Shown here: positions 1 through 13,043 of the stretch, piece after piece
Numbering within the stretch: the stretch's first letter is position 1
Layout: each line of letters starts with the position of its first letter
DNA from: Mesotaenium endlicherianum
Lineage: Eukaryota
Assembly (NCBI GenBank): GCA_009602735.1
Contig: WELA01003449.1
Location: 211,597 to 275,596, forward strand
Direction: 5' to 3'
DNA length: 64,000 bases
Position numbers and translations under genes: made by a program
Notes under the pieces: generated by a model
Database searches by the model: none
Told to the model about the DNA's origin: nothing
The model's input: the letters and a program-made list of their open reading frames with translations, nothing else

Positions 1-2858
1 GGGGGGAGGGGGGGGAGGAGAGGGGGAGGGGAGCGTACGCTTGACAAAGATCTCATATGGGGCCACTTGGCAACAAGAATCTGTGACACCTGACACTTGG
101 CAAGAGTCCTTTTTGTAGTTAGGCCAAATAGTCTCTCGTGCCACATGACGGCGCTTGTGGCACTTGCGGCATGAGACGACAACTGGCGGGCCTGACGGTG
201 GCACTCGAGCCAGACAGAGCAGCAACTTGCAGCAGACCTACTTGCAGTTATGATTTTGGCAGCCCTCCTGTCCACGTTCTACAGATTATGGATGTGTTCT
301 TTGGGGAGGGGGCGGGGCTGGGCGCAGCCGGGCGGAGCCGGGCGGGGGGGGCAAGATGTAGAGTGGAGTTAGAGGAGATCTGTTGTGGGACCTTGCGTGA
401 GCTAGGGCTTTATAAAGTCCCCGCTACTTTGTCTCTGCTTGAAATCTGTCAACAAGTTCTCACTTACGAGCAGTCTTGGGACCCTGTGTCTTGCTGCATG
501 CGGCAGGAACTACATATATGCAGCTGTAACTTACTCAAAAGTTTTGAGTGAAAATTATACGTGAGATATGTGCGGGCACTCAGCTGCGATGTACCGGAAC
601 TCTTTGACTGTACCGCTTACAAGCAAACATTTAAGACGTTCTGCATCGTTTGGAGAATTGATATAGGAACCAGCATGTGCATGCATGGGGAGAATTGTGA
701 ATATCTTTGTCTACTTCTGAGCCGATTTAACAGGCACGTGGGATCACGTACTAAGTGCCGGATGCGCGTCATCAAACATTGAACCAAACTCATACGTCAT
801 CATTGAGGCCCGGTCAGTGCGGGCAGCAACTCTAATCAATAATTGGCGGGTCTGTTTGCTGCCTCGCATACTCTGAGATTTGCAATTCAGATTTCCAAGT
901 AGAATATAAAACCTCGATACTTTGTCGGTCTAAGAACGAATTCGGGCTCTTGTAACGCTTACATAAAACGTGTAAAATGGAAGACATGCACGGATGTATC
1001 CATGTGCCGATGCAAAAAACCAAAGTGCCTCTAGCTTTGGAGACGCTTAAATAAAAATCGCAAACATTCTGACTTAATATACAAAAATTTTGACCCAAAT
1101 TATTGTATATAAATACATTTAACCTGTGGCCATTTGAAAGGTTCAAATTAGATAAAGAGATTATGTATTCCCACAAGATCGATTGATCAACTTAGGGACT
1201 AAGTTAGCTGATTCACCCCATGAGACAAAAATTGCTTCTAATCATAAACCACAAAACCTTTCAAGATTCTGTTTGATAGCAAGCTCCATAAGTCAAGATG
1301 AGGAAAAAAAGAGGAGCAACAAAAAAGAAAAAAAGAACAAAAAATGTGCATAAAAAGTGAAATAGGGGGGCAAATTTCTGTGTCTGCATATTACCACTGT
1401 GAGTGTCAGGATATACACACAAAACTCACCCGGGGTCAAACCTCGGACAGTAACTCTCAACGCGCGTGCACTTGAAACGGGTACAAACGAGGTACTTAAG
1501 CGCGTCAATCATGTAAATTGCTGTCAAATGTTCTTAAAGCCAGTATAAGTGCGCGTCACATCAATCAAAAAGGAGGTTATGACACCATCACATACATGGA
1601 GCTAGCTAGCTCCATTCCACAGCACCTTGCATATACGTGTGCAGGTATGTCCTTCAATGTCACAAGAACGAGAAATTGACTTGGGAGGATCAATGAATTC
1701 CAATCGTGCATGCACAAATGATGAGTGATCGCATCAATCTTCCCCATGTTTCTCCACGTACTTGCTAACATCTCGTCCTGCAAAAAGAATATGTCACTTA
1801 CTAAGAGGCAACTAGGCAGCAACTAGGAAAGCTCTTTCTGCGCACGCCAACTCACATGCTTCGAAAGTATGTCGGAGGAGCATGATAGCAAGAAAGAGTA
1901 GACCAAGCAAACAGCCAGCACCTCGCGGTTAACAACTACGTGCCAAATATAGGCTACCTATCGCGTTATAACAGTATGACATCAACAAAAAAGAGCAGCA
2001 CCTTATTGTTTCACAAGTGATACCGACGGAATTACAAGAATATGGGTCCATGTCCGAAGTTGTGCCCTTGTGCCCTTGTGTCAGTTAAGTACCACAAACA
2101 TCACCTGTGCCTGACCTACAGCTACGCCAGGTGGCAACTGCCCCGGCTAGAGAAACAATAAATTCTCTATCTAATCTTGACAAGGCTAACAGCAGAGGGG
2201 AAATACACGGAAAGGAAGCAAGGGGGAATATTAGAGCTTTGAGGAGAAAGAGACAGGTCTAGCCCCGGCGCGCACTGAAGAGCAAGAGCTTCAACAGATA
2301 GTGCGGGAAAGGGCAGTGTCCAGAGCTGCCAGCTGGCCTTTGCTTACAGCCCGCCCCCTGAAGGCAAACCTCTCCTTGCGCATCACCATGTGCCATGCAA
2401 CTAAGACCCTGTTCACACTTCTCTCCCGTACAAAGCACCATACCAAGAAGGACTGAAAACGAAACGGGACTTCGGCCGAGACTCGCCTGCTCACACACAC
2501 GCCTTCGCTCTGTTCCTTCAGTCAATAGTAGTCGCCTGCTCGCACACGTGCCTTCAACCTGCTGCACCGCATGCCCCGCCGCACGTCATGCCAACGTCTC
2601 ACAAAGCTCGGCTCAAGTCAAGCGGCCAGAGTGCACGCGGAGCCGAGCCCCCAGACCGCCGCCACCTGCCACCTGGACGCGCACGCGTGAGCGAGCAGTT
2701 CCAAGCGCACCAGCTCCACACCCAACTCCAAAGGAAGACGTAGGGCGCGTCTCCAGCCCCGGCCCACACGCCAAGCGCAGCACGCACGCACGCGCGCGCG
2801 CACGCAACGCAACGCGCAACGCAGCGCCCGCGCCGAGATGCAGCGCCGCCCGGCTTAG

Positions 2859-3453
2859 CTACTGCGAAAGTTGGGCAACGAGTGTGAACGCGGGGCCGAG
2901 CCCCCAGACCGCCACCTGGATGAGCATCTCCAGCTTGACCACCTCCAGGAAGATGTAGACAGAGTGGATCTCGAGGCCGTGCGAGCTCTCGCTCTCGCGC
3001 ACGCTCTTGGCCTCGCGGTACTCGGCGCACGCCTCGGGAATCTCGCGGGGGCTCGCGTGCAGGATGACGTTGCGAGCGCGCATGCCGAGTGCGGGCGTGA
3101 GCACCGCGATCTGCAGCACCACGATGACGCCCAGGGCCGCGATACAGCAAAGCGCGGGCAGGGGCACGTCGGCGCGGGGGGCGAGGAAGAGCGCGGCGCA
3201 CGCGAGCGCGACGGCGTGCGCGAGCTCCGCCTTGTTGAGCGCCGAGAAGACGACAAGCGCCACGCTCAAGCCCACCGGCTTTGTCACCAGCGGCGCGCCG
3301 AACTTGATCTGCGCGCCCCCCCGCCCGGGTTGCCGCCGCAGCCGCCGCCGCGGATGGGAGCCCGGTCAACGCTGAGTGTGCGCGAGCGTGTGTGGGGTGG
3401 GGAGTGTGCGCGTGCATGTGCGTGTATGTGCACGGGTGTGTGGGTGTGGGTGT

Positions 3454-3534
<81 letters not shown>

Positions 3535-3535
3535 N

Positions 3536-3579
<44 letters not shown>

Positions 3580-4449
3580 GCCTGCCGAGGGAGAGCAGCT
3601 ACAAGCCATACCTGTGGCACCTGTGATGTGCAGATGCGTGATCAACCCCTTTCAAGATTTGCCATACTGAAGAGAAATATGGCCCAGAGGTCTTTTGCAG
3701 GCTACGGAACAGATCCTTGCATGTCAAGAGGCACGAGGCATGCATGTTCAATGATGCGCGCGATACAGGTCCAGGGGGGGGGGCAGGACACCCCAGAGAG
3801 CCTCCCACCTCTCACCCTCAAGCAGCAACTCTCTTGATCATCTGCAGAACGCGACAGGCTTCCAGCACTGGCGGATGACAGATGGTGCCGTCTCGTCAGA
3901 CATAGGCATGGCCCGCCATGGTTGCTGAGAGACTCTGCCCTCCAGAAGCACCCACCCTCCTTCCCCCTCCCTCCCCTCCNGCTTACGACCTCTGATGCCC
4001 GGTATCGGCTCACGCTTCAAGCTTCAGCACTAATGTGCTTCTTGTGTGCCCCGTGCGAGACAGCTGGACATGCACGTGCACTGAGCAGAAGATTCAGCTG
4101 CACGCCGACAGCTGGACATGCATGAGCAGAGGATTCAGCTGCACCCCGTGCGAGTGCGATGGCGAGGGCCACTGAGTCAACGTCAGGATGTGACGTTGAT
4201 GGCTGATGGCTGACGCGCTCGTACCCAAGCTTCCGTGAAGGAGATGGCGGAGAGCATCCCAATCCAGACGAGGGAGACGGCAGCGGCCAGGAGCTTGGCC
4301 TGCACGCGCGTTATGGTTGGGTCCTTCTCCTCGCCCCCCATAACCATGTAGACGACAAAGGCCCATACGAGGCCCCAGGTGATAAACAGCGTCGCCCCTG
4401 TGCTGGAAGTCAGCTTCACGCAGCTAGGGAACTCGAACCGCAGCGTCAT
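2859..4449 (-). CDS. DUF4149/TMEM205-like multi-pass membrane protein, 2 exons (~224 aa)
   Basis: Exon 1 is 4449-4225 (MTLRFEFP...LVWIGMLSAISFTEAW) with donor GTACGA. Exon 2 is 3308-2859 after a CAG acceptor (IKFGAPLVTKPVGLSVALVVFSALNKAE...LQIAVLTPALGMRA...HSVYIFLEVVKL...TAG). The phase-0 join gives AISFTEAWIKFGAP, which matches from memory the ISFxEAWxKFxAP...VFxALNxxE...HxxYxxxExxK pattern of a small prokaryotic membrane-protein family. Family name not verified by search. Confidence 0.75.
3443..3577. repeat. Compound (GT)n/(GA)n microsatellite in intron
   Basis: Directly visible GGGTGT/GT run followed by a long GA run containing a single N. Confidence 0.95.
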
Positions 4450-7387
4450 CTGGCTCTTTATGAGAAGGGGGTGGAGATGCGAGGAGGGGGAGACGGTACA
4501 GGAGGTGCACAGGTGTCGCAACTGCGTCGCCTGTTGTGCACCGGCTATTAGCTGCAGCTATGGGTCACTTCCTGCAGAGGAGGACGAGGTGACTGACTAA
4601 GGGTTGCAGTCGACAAAAGGAGAAGAGAAGAAGGAAAGCAGAAGAGGTCAGGAGCAGCTCAAAGACTGCTCACTTCTAGGTAACCAGGCCGGATGCAGGG
4701 TACAAAACAAGAACCCTTGCTTACAGAACAACTTAATTATTGGCAGCTATATTGCAAGGTGGTCTTGAAGCAAACTTATGGCTCAGAAGCGCGCCTTTGT
4801 AACCGCTTCCAGCATTGACGCGACCGGAAGCGACAGGAAGAGAACGAAGAGAGGGAGAGATGGTGTGTTTCAACTTAATGTGTAAAGTCAAAAATGAACC
4901 GAAGAACGACCCTGGAGACAAGTGACTATCTTGACATGAAAGTTGGAGGGAGACGAGTGAAATTTCTGAGGCAATGGCGTCTGTTTTGGACCCCGCGTTC
5001 AGCGTGCTGAGACAAACTGAAGCATGCACCCCTTCTTGTTGGTCAACGTGGATAGTCCCTAGAATGTTCTTTACCTCCTCTTCAGGGAATACGCAGCAAA
5101 TGCAACGGCGGAGAAGATCTAACGTCGTTAGTCTACTCCCACATGATCAAGTGCCAACTGGAAGTGATCTTGTCAATTCTTGGCTCTTCTGAGGGGTTCC
5201 TTCAAGATTGCTTCTAAACCAAGTGTCCTGGGCATTTCAAGTCGGCTTATGAAGCCAATTTTGTATGTGTCCATTTACGACGTATCGAGTCCTTGTAGTC
5301 AAAAGATTGCAGAGACCTCAGATCACACGAGAACATGCAAGACGGCCTCACTTAAGCGCAACACATGCAGGAAACGTGTACTTCATGGGGGTAGGCATGT
5401 CGACACAAAAAAGATAAGGCGATTAGGTGCTCACAGCGCCGCTAAAAGTTATTTCATTCAGATTTGGGCTTCAAAGACTGCATTAGCATGTCACGTATCG
5501 TGCCAATTGTCATGCAAAAAGAGAGGACGAAGTCAAATGTCAAATCTAGACATCGAAAGAGATGTGGATTTGTTAAGATGTGGCACTACTGGAGATCGTC
5601 CTCCTGCCCCACTCAGCCCACTTCTCCCCTATTCTGCCTGCTTTTGCCTAGGCCCTAGATAGCTTCTGCATAGCTCTGCATATAGCTGTCTTCTTTCTTA
5701 TCGATCCGATACGGTGAAGGGACAACGTCACTTCAGACTCGCTCGACTGCGCTCTATCATGCTCGACGGACGGAGATATTCGTACGTACATGTCCTGTGT
5801 AGCATTATTCGATCGCAAAAGGTCTACTTTTATAAGGCCAAAAGCCATACGTCATAGGCCATACGGCCATCATGTCCGCGGTGGATGACACGTTGCTTTG
5901 AGTATTTTCTATGAAACACGACTATTCTCTGACGCGGTCAGTGGATGGGAGATAACACGACGATAACAGCAGGCTCCGTTGATTTGTGACGACGTTCATA
6001 TACAACACGATACGTAGTAGAGTTGTATAAAGAGATCACAATCTGACTTCGATGAATTAGTAATGAGAACAAGAAAGGGAAGAACGACAGCCTTGAGCTA
6101 AGAAGAACTATTTCTAAGAACTATAAGGGTGCAAATAGATGGGAGGAAGTAGAGTAGGAAGATGGTCTTCTCATAAATGCATATCCTTTTGTTATTTTGA
6201 TCTTTGAATTCACTCAGTCTATCTTCTTGCATCTTAACTTTATCTATCGGTTGGGTCAATTCCACTTCACTGCAGCACTACCTGTGCTGGAGCTAACTTA
6301 AGCTGTCATATAATTGACTACTCTTGTTTAATAAGATGTTCATACATACATCTGCAAACTTGTTTTGAACGTACATGTTTGAAGAATTCCAGATTAGGTG
6401 TCAAAGTAGGGGCTTGAATGACACATTGAGCCAACTGTTTCACGATACTTCAACATATGCCTCTGACTCAAGTAAACGACTTCTTTGGCAAACCAATCCC
6501 AATTTATTGTAATTTTTACCAACAGCTAACATCTGGACGACAACAGCACACTACAACTGTCCCTCTACGTGAGGGATAACATTTAGACGCTGGTACCTAT
6601 TACAGAAAGATGGAGGCACCCCAGCCAAGGAAGGTAGATACGGTAATGGCATGCTTGTATTCTGTTGACGTTATCAAGTCTTCATTGGCAACTTTGTGAA
6701 CGCAAAGCCACCGAGGTTTGCAGTTTGGACTGTTCTCTGCAGTCATGAGTTCAAATATTTCACAATTAACATGCCTGATCGTGAACGTGGGTAACACAGG
6801 TAATCACAGATGCAATGGAAGATAGGGGCCAAGATTACAAAGAAAATAGGCTGAGAGATTGTGGACAGCCTACAAACATGCTCTTTACGCAAATATTATT
6901 TGATTGTTGACATTTGGTGCTTTATCATTTTTCGCTTACATATATGTAGCCTCTTTAATACCTACAAGATGTCAGAAAACAAGAAGTGCACAAGAGCGAG
7001 ATACGACACACTTCTACAGCTCCTCCAAGACAAAACTAGCAAACTACTACAAAGTTGACATGGAAATAAAGAAATTCGATAGAAAAGGTCCTCAAAACAA
7101 CTACATCTTAGCCAGACTGAAATAAACAGCTGTCCTGGCGGAGTGGTAAGGCATAATAACAACAAGCCTCAGACACCCTTTCTCCTGCTTTTCTTACTAC
7201 CTCTGCTACATGCTCTTGGATCAAAAGGACAACACACAAACATCCCACTCTAAGTACAAGTCCATCAATGCCCGTGGAACTCCCTCCACAATTAGCCGGC
7301 ACAGGTGAGAAGCCAACACAGAGACGGGGGCGTGCTTCAGCTGTTCCTCTGCTCCTCAAGGGCGAGCACAGAGGCGCAGGAGGCTTC

Positions 7388-10300
7388 CTAACCCAGGGAC
7401 GGGAACTGGCTCTTGTCCTCGATGCTGGGGGCAGAGGCGCCGCGACGACCCTCATAGCCTCCAGAGTAGCCACGGGGGGGGCCGCCGCCGTCGCCGCGTC
7501 CGCCGCGGCCGCCACCACGCGACTCGCCGCCGCGACCGCCCCGACCCTCCCCGCGGCCAAAGCCGTTGCCACCGCCGCGCCGGGGGTTGGCAGCGCGCGG
7601 TGCGTAGTAGCGCTCACCCTCCGCAGGCTTGAGGAACTCGTTGATGTTCACAGCCTGCAGGCACGAGGCACGACGCGCACAAGCGCGCACGGGGGCAGGC
7701 CCAAACCCGAACGATAACTGGCATCATCAGTGCAAGCAGTAGCAGCAGCAGCACGAGAGGTTCTCCTGACGTACGACCAGCCAGCTGGCAGCCGGGCGCA
7801 TGCAGCCAGAGCACCGAGGGATCTCTTAGTGTGCCACCTGCGAAAGAACCAGGATGCCAATACAAAAAAAACGGAGCTTCCAGCTCATGGGACTACCAGA
7901 AATGAGAAGTTTCATAAGATCCTGCTGCCACTCAAACACCGCGTGTGTCCCACAAGTACATCACGAGGTATCAAAGATGCTCCATCTGCCCGCCCACGCG
8001 TAATGAAATACACCAGGCAACACATGGCTCAACAAGTATACGCGCAAGCGGCACAAAGACTGCGAGCTTCAAAAGTGCGCTAGCATTATGCCCTGCTGAC
8101 AGATGGTCCACGCAGTACGTGTCTGCAAACAATCATCATAGTGAGCCTGCAACGCCGACTAATCACCCAGGGGCGCGCACAGCGGCAATTCTTTCAAAAG
8201 CAAGCCAGGCTAGCGGCAGTGCATGCGAGCGGGGCATCACCTTGGGTCTCTCCTCCTCCTCCTTGGTCTTCTTGCGGGCAGCCTTCTCCTTCTCGCCTCC
8301 CTGAACACAAATACGCGCGCACACAACCGCACACGCCCATAAGGCACCGTCAGAACACTGGTCCCCCAGAGCTGCACGAGGTGAGGCACTTGGCTCTGGC
8401 TCAGGAACAAGCGCCCTGGAGCACAACTCGTGCAGTCCTATGTGCTGCCGATACAGAAGGGCTAGAGGTGCACCAGAGGCACGACAGTACGAGGCCTCAG
8501 TACGCGTCGAGACGTCATAAATCTCCAAGAGTTCGACAGCGAGCCCATGCAGGCCCAAGATTTGATGACACCNGTTGGCAGCGCGCGGTGCGTAGTAGCG
8601 CTCACCCTCCGCAGGCTTGAGGAACTCGTTGATGTTCACAGCCTGCAGGCACGAGGCACGACGCGCACAAGCGCGCACGGGGGCAGGCCCAAACCCGAAC
8701 GATAACTGGCATCATCAGTGCAAGCAGTAGCAGCAGCAGCACGAGAGGTTCTCCTGACGTACGACCAGCCAGCTGGCAGCCGGGCGCATGCAGCCAGAGC
8801 ACCGAGGGATCTCTTAGTGTGCCACCTGCGAAAGAACCAGGATGCCAATACAAAAAAAACGGAGCTTCCAGCTCATGGGACTACCAGAAATGAGAAGTTT
8901 CATAAGATCCTGCTGCCACTCAAACACCGCGTGTGTCCCACAAGTACATCACGAGGTATCAAAGATGCTCCATCTGCCCGCCCACGCGTAATGAAATACA
9001 CCAGGCAACACATGGCTCAACAAGTATACGCGCAAGCGGCACAAAGACTGCGAGCTTCAAAAGTGCGCTAGCATTATGCCCTGCTGACAGATGGTCCACG
9101 CAGTACGTGTCTGCAAACAATCATCATAGTGAGCCTGCAACGCCGACTAATCACCCAGGGGCGCGCACAGCGGCAATTCTTTCAAAAGCAAGCCAGGCTA
9201 GCGGCAGTGCATGCGAGCGGGGCATCACCTTGGGTCTCTCCTCCTCCTCCTTGGTCTTCTTGCGGGCAGCCTTCTCCTTCTCGCCTCCCTGAACACAAAT
9301 ACGCGCGCACACAACCGCACACGCCCATAAGGCACCGTCAGAACACTGGTCCCCCAGAGCTGCACGAGGTGAGGCACTTGGCTCTGGCTCAGGAACAAGC
9401 GCCCTGGAGCACAACTCGTGCAGTCCTATGTGCTGCCGATACAGAAGGGCTAGAGGTGCACCAGAGGCACGACAGTACGAGGCCTCAGTACGCGTCGAGA
9501 CGTCATAAATCTCCAAGAGTTCGACAGCGAGCCCATGCAGGCCCAAGATTTGATGACACCTAGACGATGGGACTGTTCACACCCACAGGCAGATCTGGCG
9601 TCACACGACACGCGCACTGGAAACAGTGGCAGCATCAAGCCTCCCTCACTCTCTTGCCCATCGTTGACAAAAGGCACAGAAAATGGTCGTGCGGCATCTG
9701 CTCTGGCACGGCACAAAAGGGCTCACCAGCTTGACAAAGATCTCCTCGTCCTCAACATTCTTCTTGGTGTGCAGCGTCATGGAGTCAAAGTCCTTGTCGG
9801 CCTCCACCTTGCGGGCCTCTGCCTTCTGGGCCACCAGGGCCTTCCTCTTCTCCTCCAGCACCTTCTCGTACTCGTCCAGGGTCATCTCCTGCTTTCCCCC
9901 ACAACCCCACATGCACACAAACAAACACACACACACACACACACGAGATGGTGCACACAATCAGTCCACCACGCACATCCAGCTGTCACCCCAAGCAGGC
10001 ACCCTATCGACCCGACCACCTGTTGACGGACAGAGGGCTTGATCTCATACACAACAGTAGATCCATCCATGGGATCTCTCCCCGCCCCTAAAGTGGCAGG
10101 CAGATGAAACCGACATTCATGCTGCATGAATCAACAAACCCTCTGACTCCAAAACCGCAATCTGCCTCGTCGGCCAATGCATGAGCGCAACACTGGACTC
10201 CGCAACCATGTGACCACCGCAACACCTAAAAGTGGGGTGTGCCATGTCAGCAGGAGGCAATGCACGACACGCCGCACTTGGTCAGATGGGCAAGACTGCC

Positions 10301-13043
10301 AAGAAGGATACAAGCAACGAATGCGCAGACCCTTTGCTGCGCAAAGCTAGCCAGCTGAGAGATGCAAGCAGCAATCTGCCTGTCTATGTGTTCGTCCTTG
10401 CGTCTGCAGGAAAGAAGAGAGAGGGAACCCACCAGGTCTTCCTCCTCGACGGGCTTCTTCTCCTCAGCTGCGCCCTCGGCAGCCTCGCCCTCAGCCTTGG
10501 CCCCGTCGGCAGCCGCGTCAGTGGCAGCAGCCTCGCCCTCTGCAGCGACGGCCTTCTCACCAACAACCTCGTCGTTGACAGCAAGCTCCCTGCACAGCGC
10601 CACACGTACAACAGGCCCCCTCAGGCGGAGGGCCGGGTGCAGCCACGTGTCATCAAGGCCCCAGGGCCGGTCTTGTCAAGAAGGGCCCTACTCACAGTGC
10701 CAGATATTGCAGACAGCCAGTTCTCTGGTCAATATGCAACCCCACAGAAGCAGACACATGTCCTGACTTAGTGCACTGATATAGGTGGCAATGAAGATGC
10801 CTGGAGCAGGCTTTGTTCCCGATCGGCTCTTAAAAAGTGTGAACCACAAAGCAGCAACAATGGCTGTAGCAATCTAAGCTTGCTACGACCTCAAACGCAA
10901 AAGAGGCATGCGACACTTTGACCTGCTTCAGGTCATCAGCATGCGTGGGCATATAGCATCACTAGGGCAGGGAAGACAGCTGGCGCAAATGGAGGCTAGG
11001 CTAGAAGGCATACTCGACAGCTGGCACCTCGCCCTCAACTCCCCAGTTGCCCTTGCCAGCTCCCTCGCGCTTCATCTCATTTCTACACCCACCTCAGAAA
11101 GGCGCCACAGCTCCAAATCAACCCCTCAATTGTCAAGCAACATTTCTGACACGGCCCGTCATCGCCAAGAACAAACCATGCAACATCACAAGCCTACACA
11201 CCCACCACAAGCAATATGCGCAAGCAAACCCTAAGCATGCGCGCACAGGCAAGCAGGTGCAGCAACTCGGCAATAACACATCAAACTGCAAGAGGGCAAC
11301 ATCCGGCTTCACCTACAAAGGTCACTCTGAAGCTACTGGCATTGTTGATGCAGGACAACCTCGACATGCTCAGCCTACAAGCCTACATTAATAACTTCAC
11401 ATGAACACGTGACCCCTCTGCCACCCTCCCCGTATGAATAGGATGCTCAATCTCACCCACGGCCTGTGCCGCTGTACCGGTCGTACTCCCTCCTGGGCCT
11501 CCTCTCCTCGCCGCCGCCCTCGCCAAAGAACCCGCGGCCGCCGCGTCCGCCTCTGCCCCCGCGGCCGCGCATGCTGCCGCCGCCGCCACGGCCACCCTCC
11601 GAGGACCGAGCCTCCCCGTCCCTGGCCACGAAATTGTCACCCCCCTCGCCGCGGCGGTCGACACCATAGTTGCTGCGGCGCTCGCCGCCGTAGCCCCCGC
11701 CCTCCCGGGGGCCACCATAGCCGCCGCGGCCGCCACGCGCTCCGCCGCGTCCTCCGCGGCCGCCGTCGGCGACAGGCCTGGCAGCCTCCTTGGCTGTGGA
11801 GAGAAAGAGGCCAAGGGTAGAAGAGGGAGGACAGGAAGAGTGAGGGAAAGAAAGTTGGCCAAGGAAATGAGTAATTCAAAGAGGTCCACGGTAACCGACA
11901 TGCAGAGATGAAGCTTGCAGACAGTGTACATTGCAGGAGGCTTGCGGCTGAGGTGCAAACAAGAATGTTGTATACGCTGCAGTGCAGCCAAATGGCAGTC
12001 AGGGACTCACCACATAGCAAACCGCAAGCATACACAACTGATAATACTAGAGGAATGGGACTTTGGGTGCTGAGCTCACCAACATAGAACAGAAAGAAAT
12101 CTTAAGACATGCATGGCTTCTGTGATAACACCCCATAGTACCTTGTAGGCATGTGAAATGAAGAAAACAAACCATCAACAAGGAAAATGCAGTCTATTCC
12201 ATTTTATGGAGTGGCTTGCATAATTCTGCGATATGAGGTCATGTTTCACAACTTCACTTATCACTAACATTTCCTCAGAAGATAGTATCAGCTGAAGGTC
12301 AGAAGGAGGTGCACAATCATCATGCCAGACGAACAAGGGCAACGGCAGAAAAGACTCCACCACATTTGAAGCAGACCACGCCTAGCATCAAGAAGGTGTT
12401 GCGCAAACTGAGGTGGAGATTATACTCTCGTCTACTTACTGGGTGGGTGTGAAGGGATTTGTAATGCATGCTATAACACAACGCAGTGTGGCAGCTACAC
12501 AACCCGGGTCAATCTACTACCGACACCTATTGCTTTCTATTTTAAGACATGGTATTTTTTCACTTTACTGTAGATACGGCAGTGCTGCATCAAAACCTGA
12601 AAGCTCAACTTTCACATTGAAGCCAAAACGACTTCCTTCAATAGCACAGGAAGTAAATGTATAGCCACGGCTATACAAAAATGCAGTAGTTGGATATAAA
12701 GATATAGCAGTAACCAAGAAAACTAATGGGAGACTGCCTTTGCCCATGTCTAAGGACACTATCCCTAAACCCTGACAGTCGCAGAAAACCATTGAATAAT
12801 GAGACACACCTTTGGCTTTTGAGGACCAAAAGAACCCTTGCGGACAACTACTTGCATTCTCCAAGTAGAACCTATCAAGGAGAGCTGCTTACCAGGTGCT
12901 GCATCCTTAGCAGCCAACTTAGCCACAGGCTTCTTGGCAGCTGCAGCCTTGTCAACAACTGCAGGGGTCGCCACCCTGTTCAAAATCTCCTGAGGGTCGT
13001 CATTCTCCTCATCAAGTAGAGCGAAAAAATTCTGTGTCGCCAT
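7388..13043 (-). CDS. RGG-repeat RNA-binding protein (HABP4/SERBP1/Stm1 family; plant RGGA-like), 7 exons
   Basis: Exons: 13043-12893 (MATQNFFALLDEENDDP, Stm1-N-like), 11793-11457 (RGG repeats; RREYDRYSGTGRG), 11082-11014 (NEMKREGAGKGNWG), 10589-10433, 9888-9727 (EMTLDEYEKVLEEKRK), 9288-9229 (duplicate copy 8300-8241), 7654-7388 (VNINEFLKPAEGERYY...APSIEDKSQFPSLG*). All introns GT-AG with consistent phases. Confidence 0.93.
7586..9560. other. Exact 987-bp tandem duplication around a single N (probable assembly artefact)
   Basis: 7586-8572 appears identical to 8574-9560, with N at 8573; the ORF track repeats at offset 988. Confidence 0.9.

Noticed and set aside
7586..9560. Apparent tandem exon duplication in the RGG gene
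   Set aside because: The copies appear identical including intron sequence and are separated by one N, the signature of unmerged overlapping contig ends.
12240..12325. Possible intronic C/D snoRNA (minus-strand ATGATGA plus several CTGA) in RGG gene intron 1
   Set aside because: No convincing terminal stem or recognisable rRNA-complementary guide; it would need snoscan or Infernal support.
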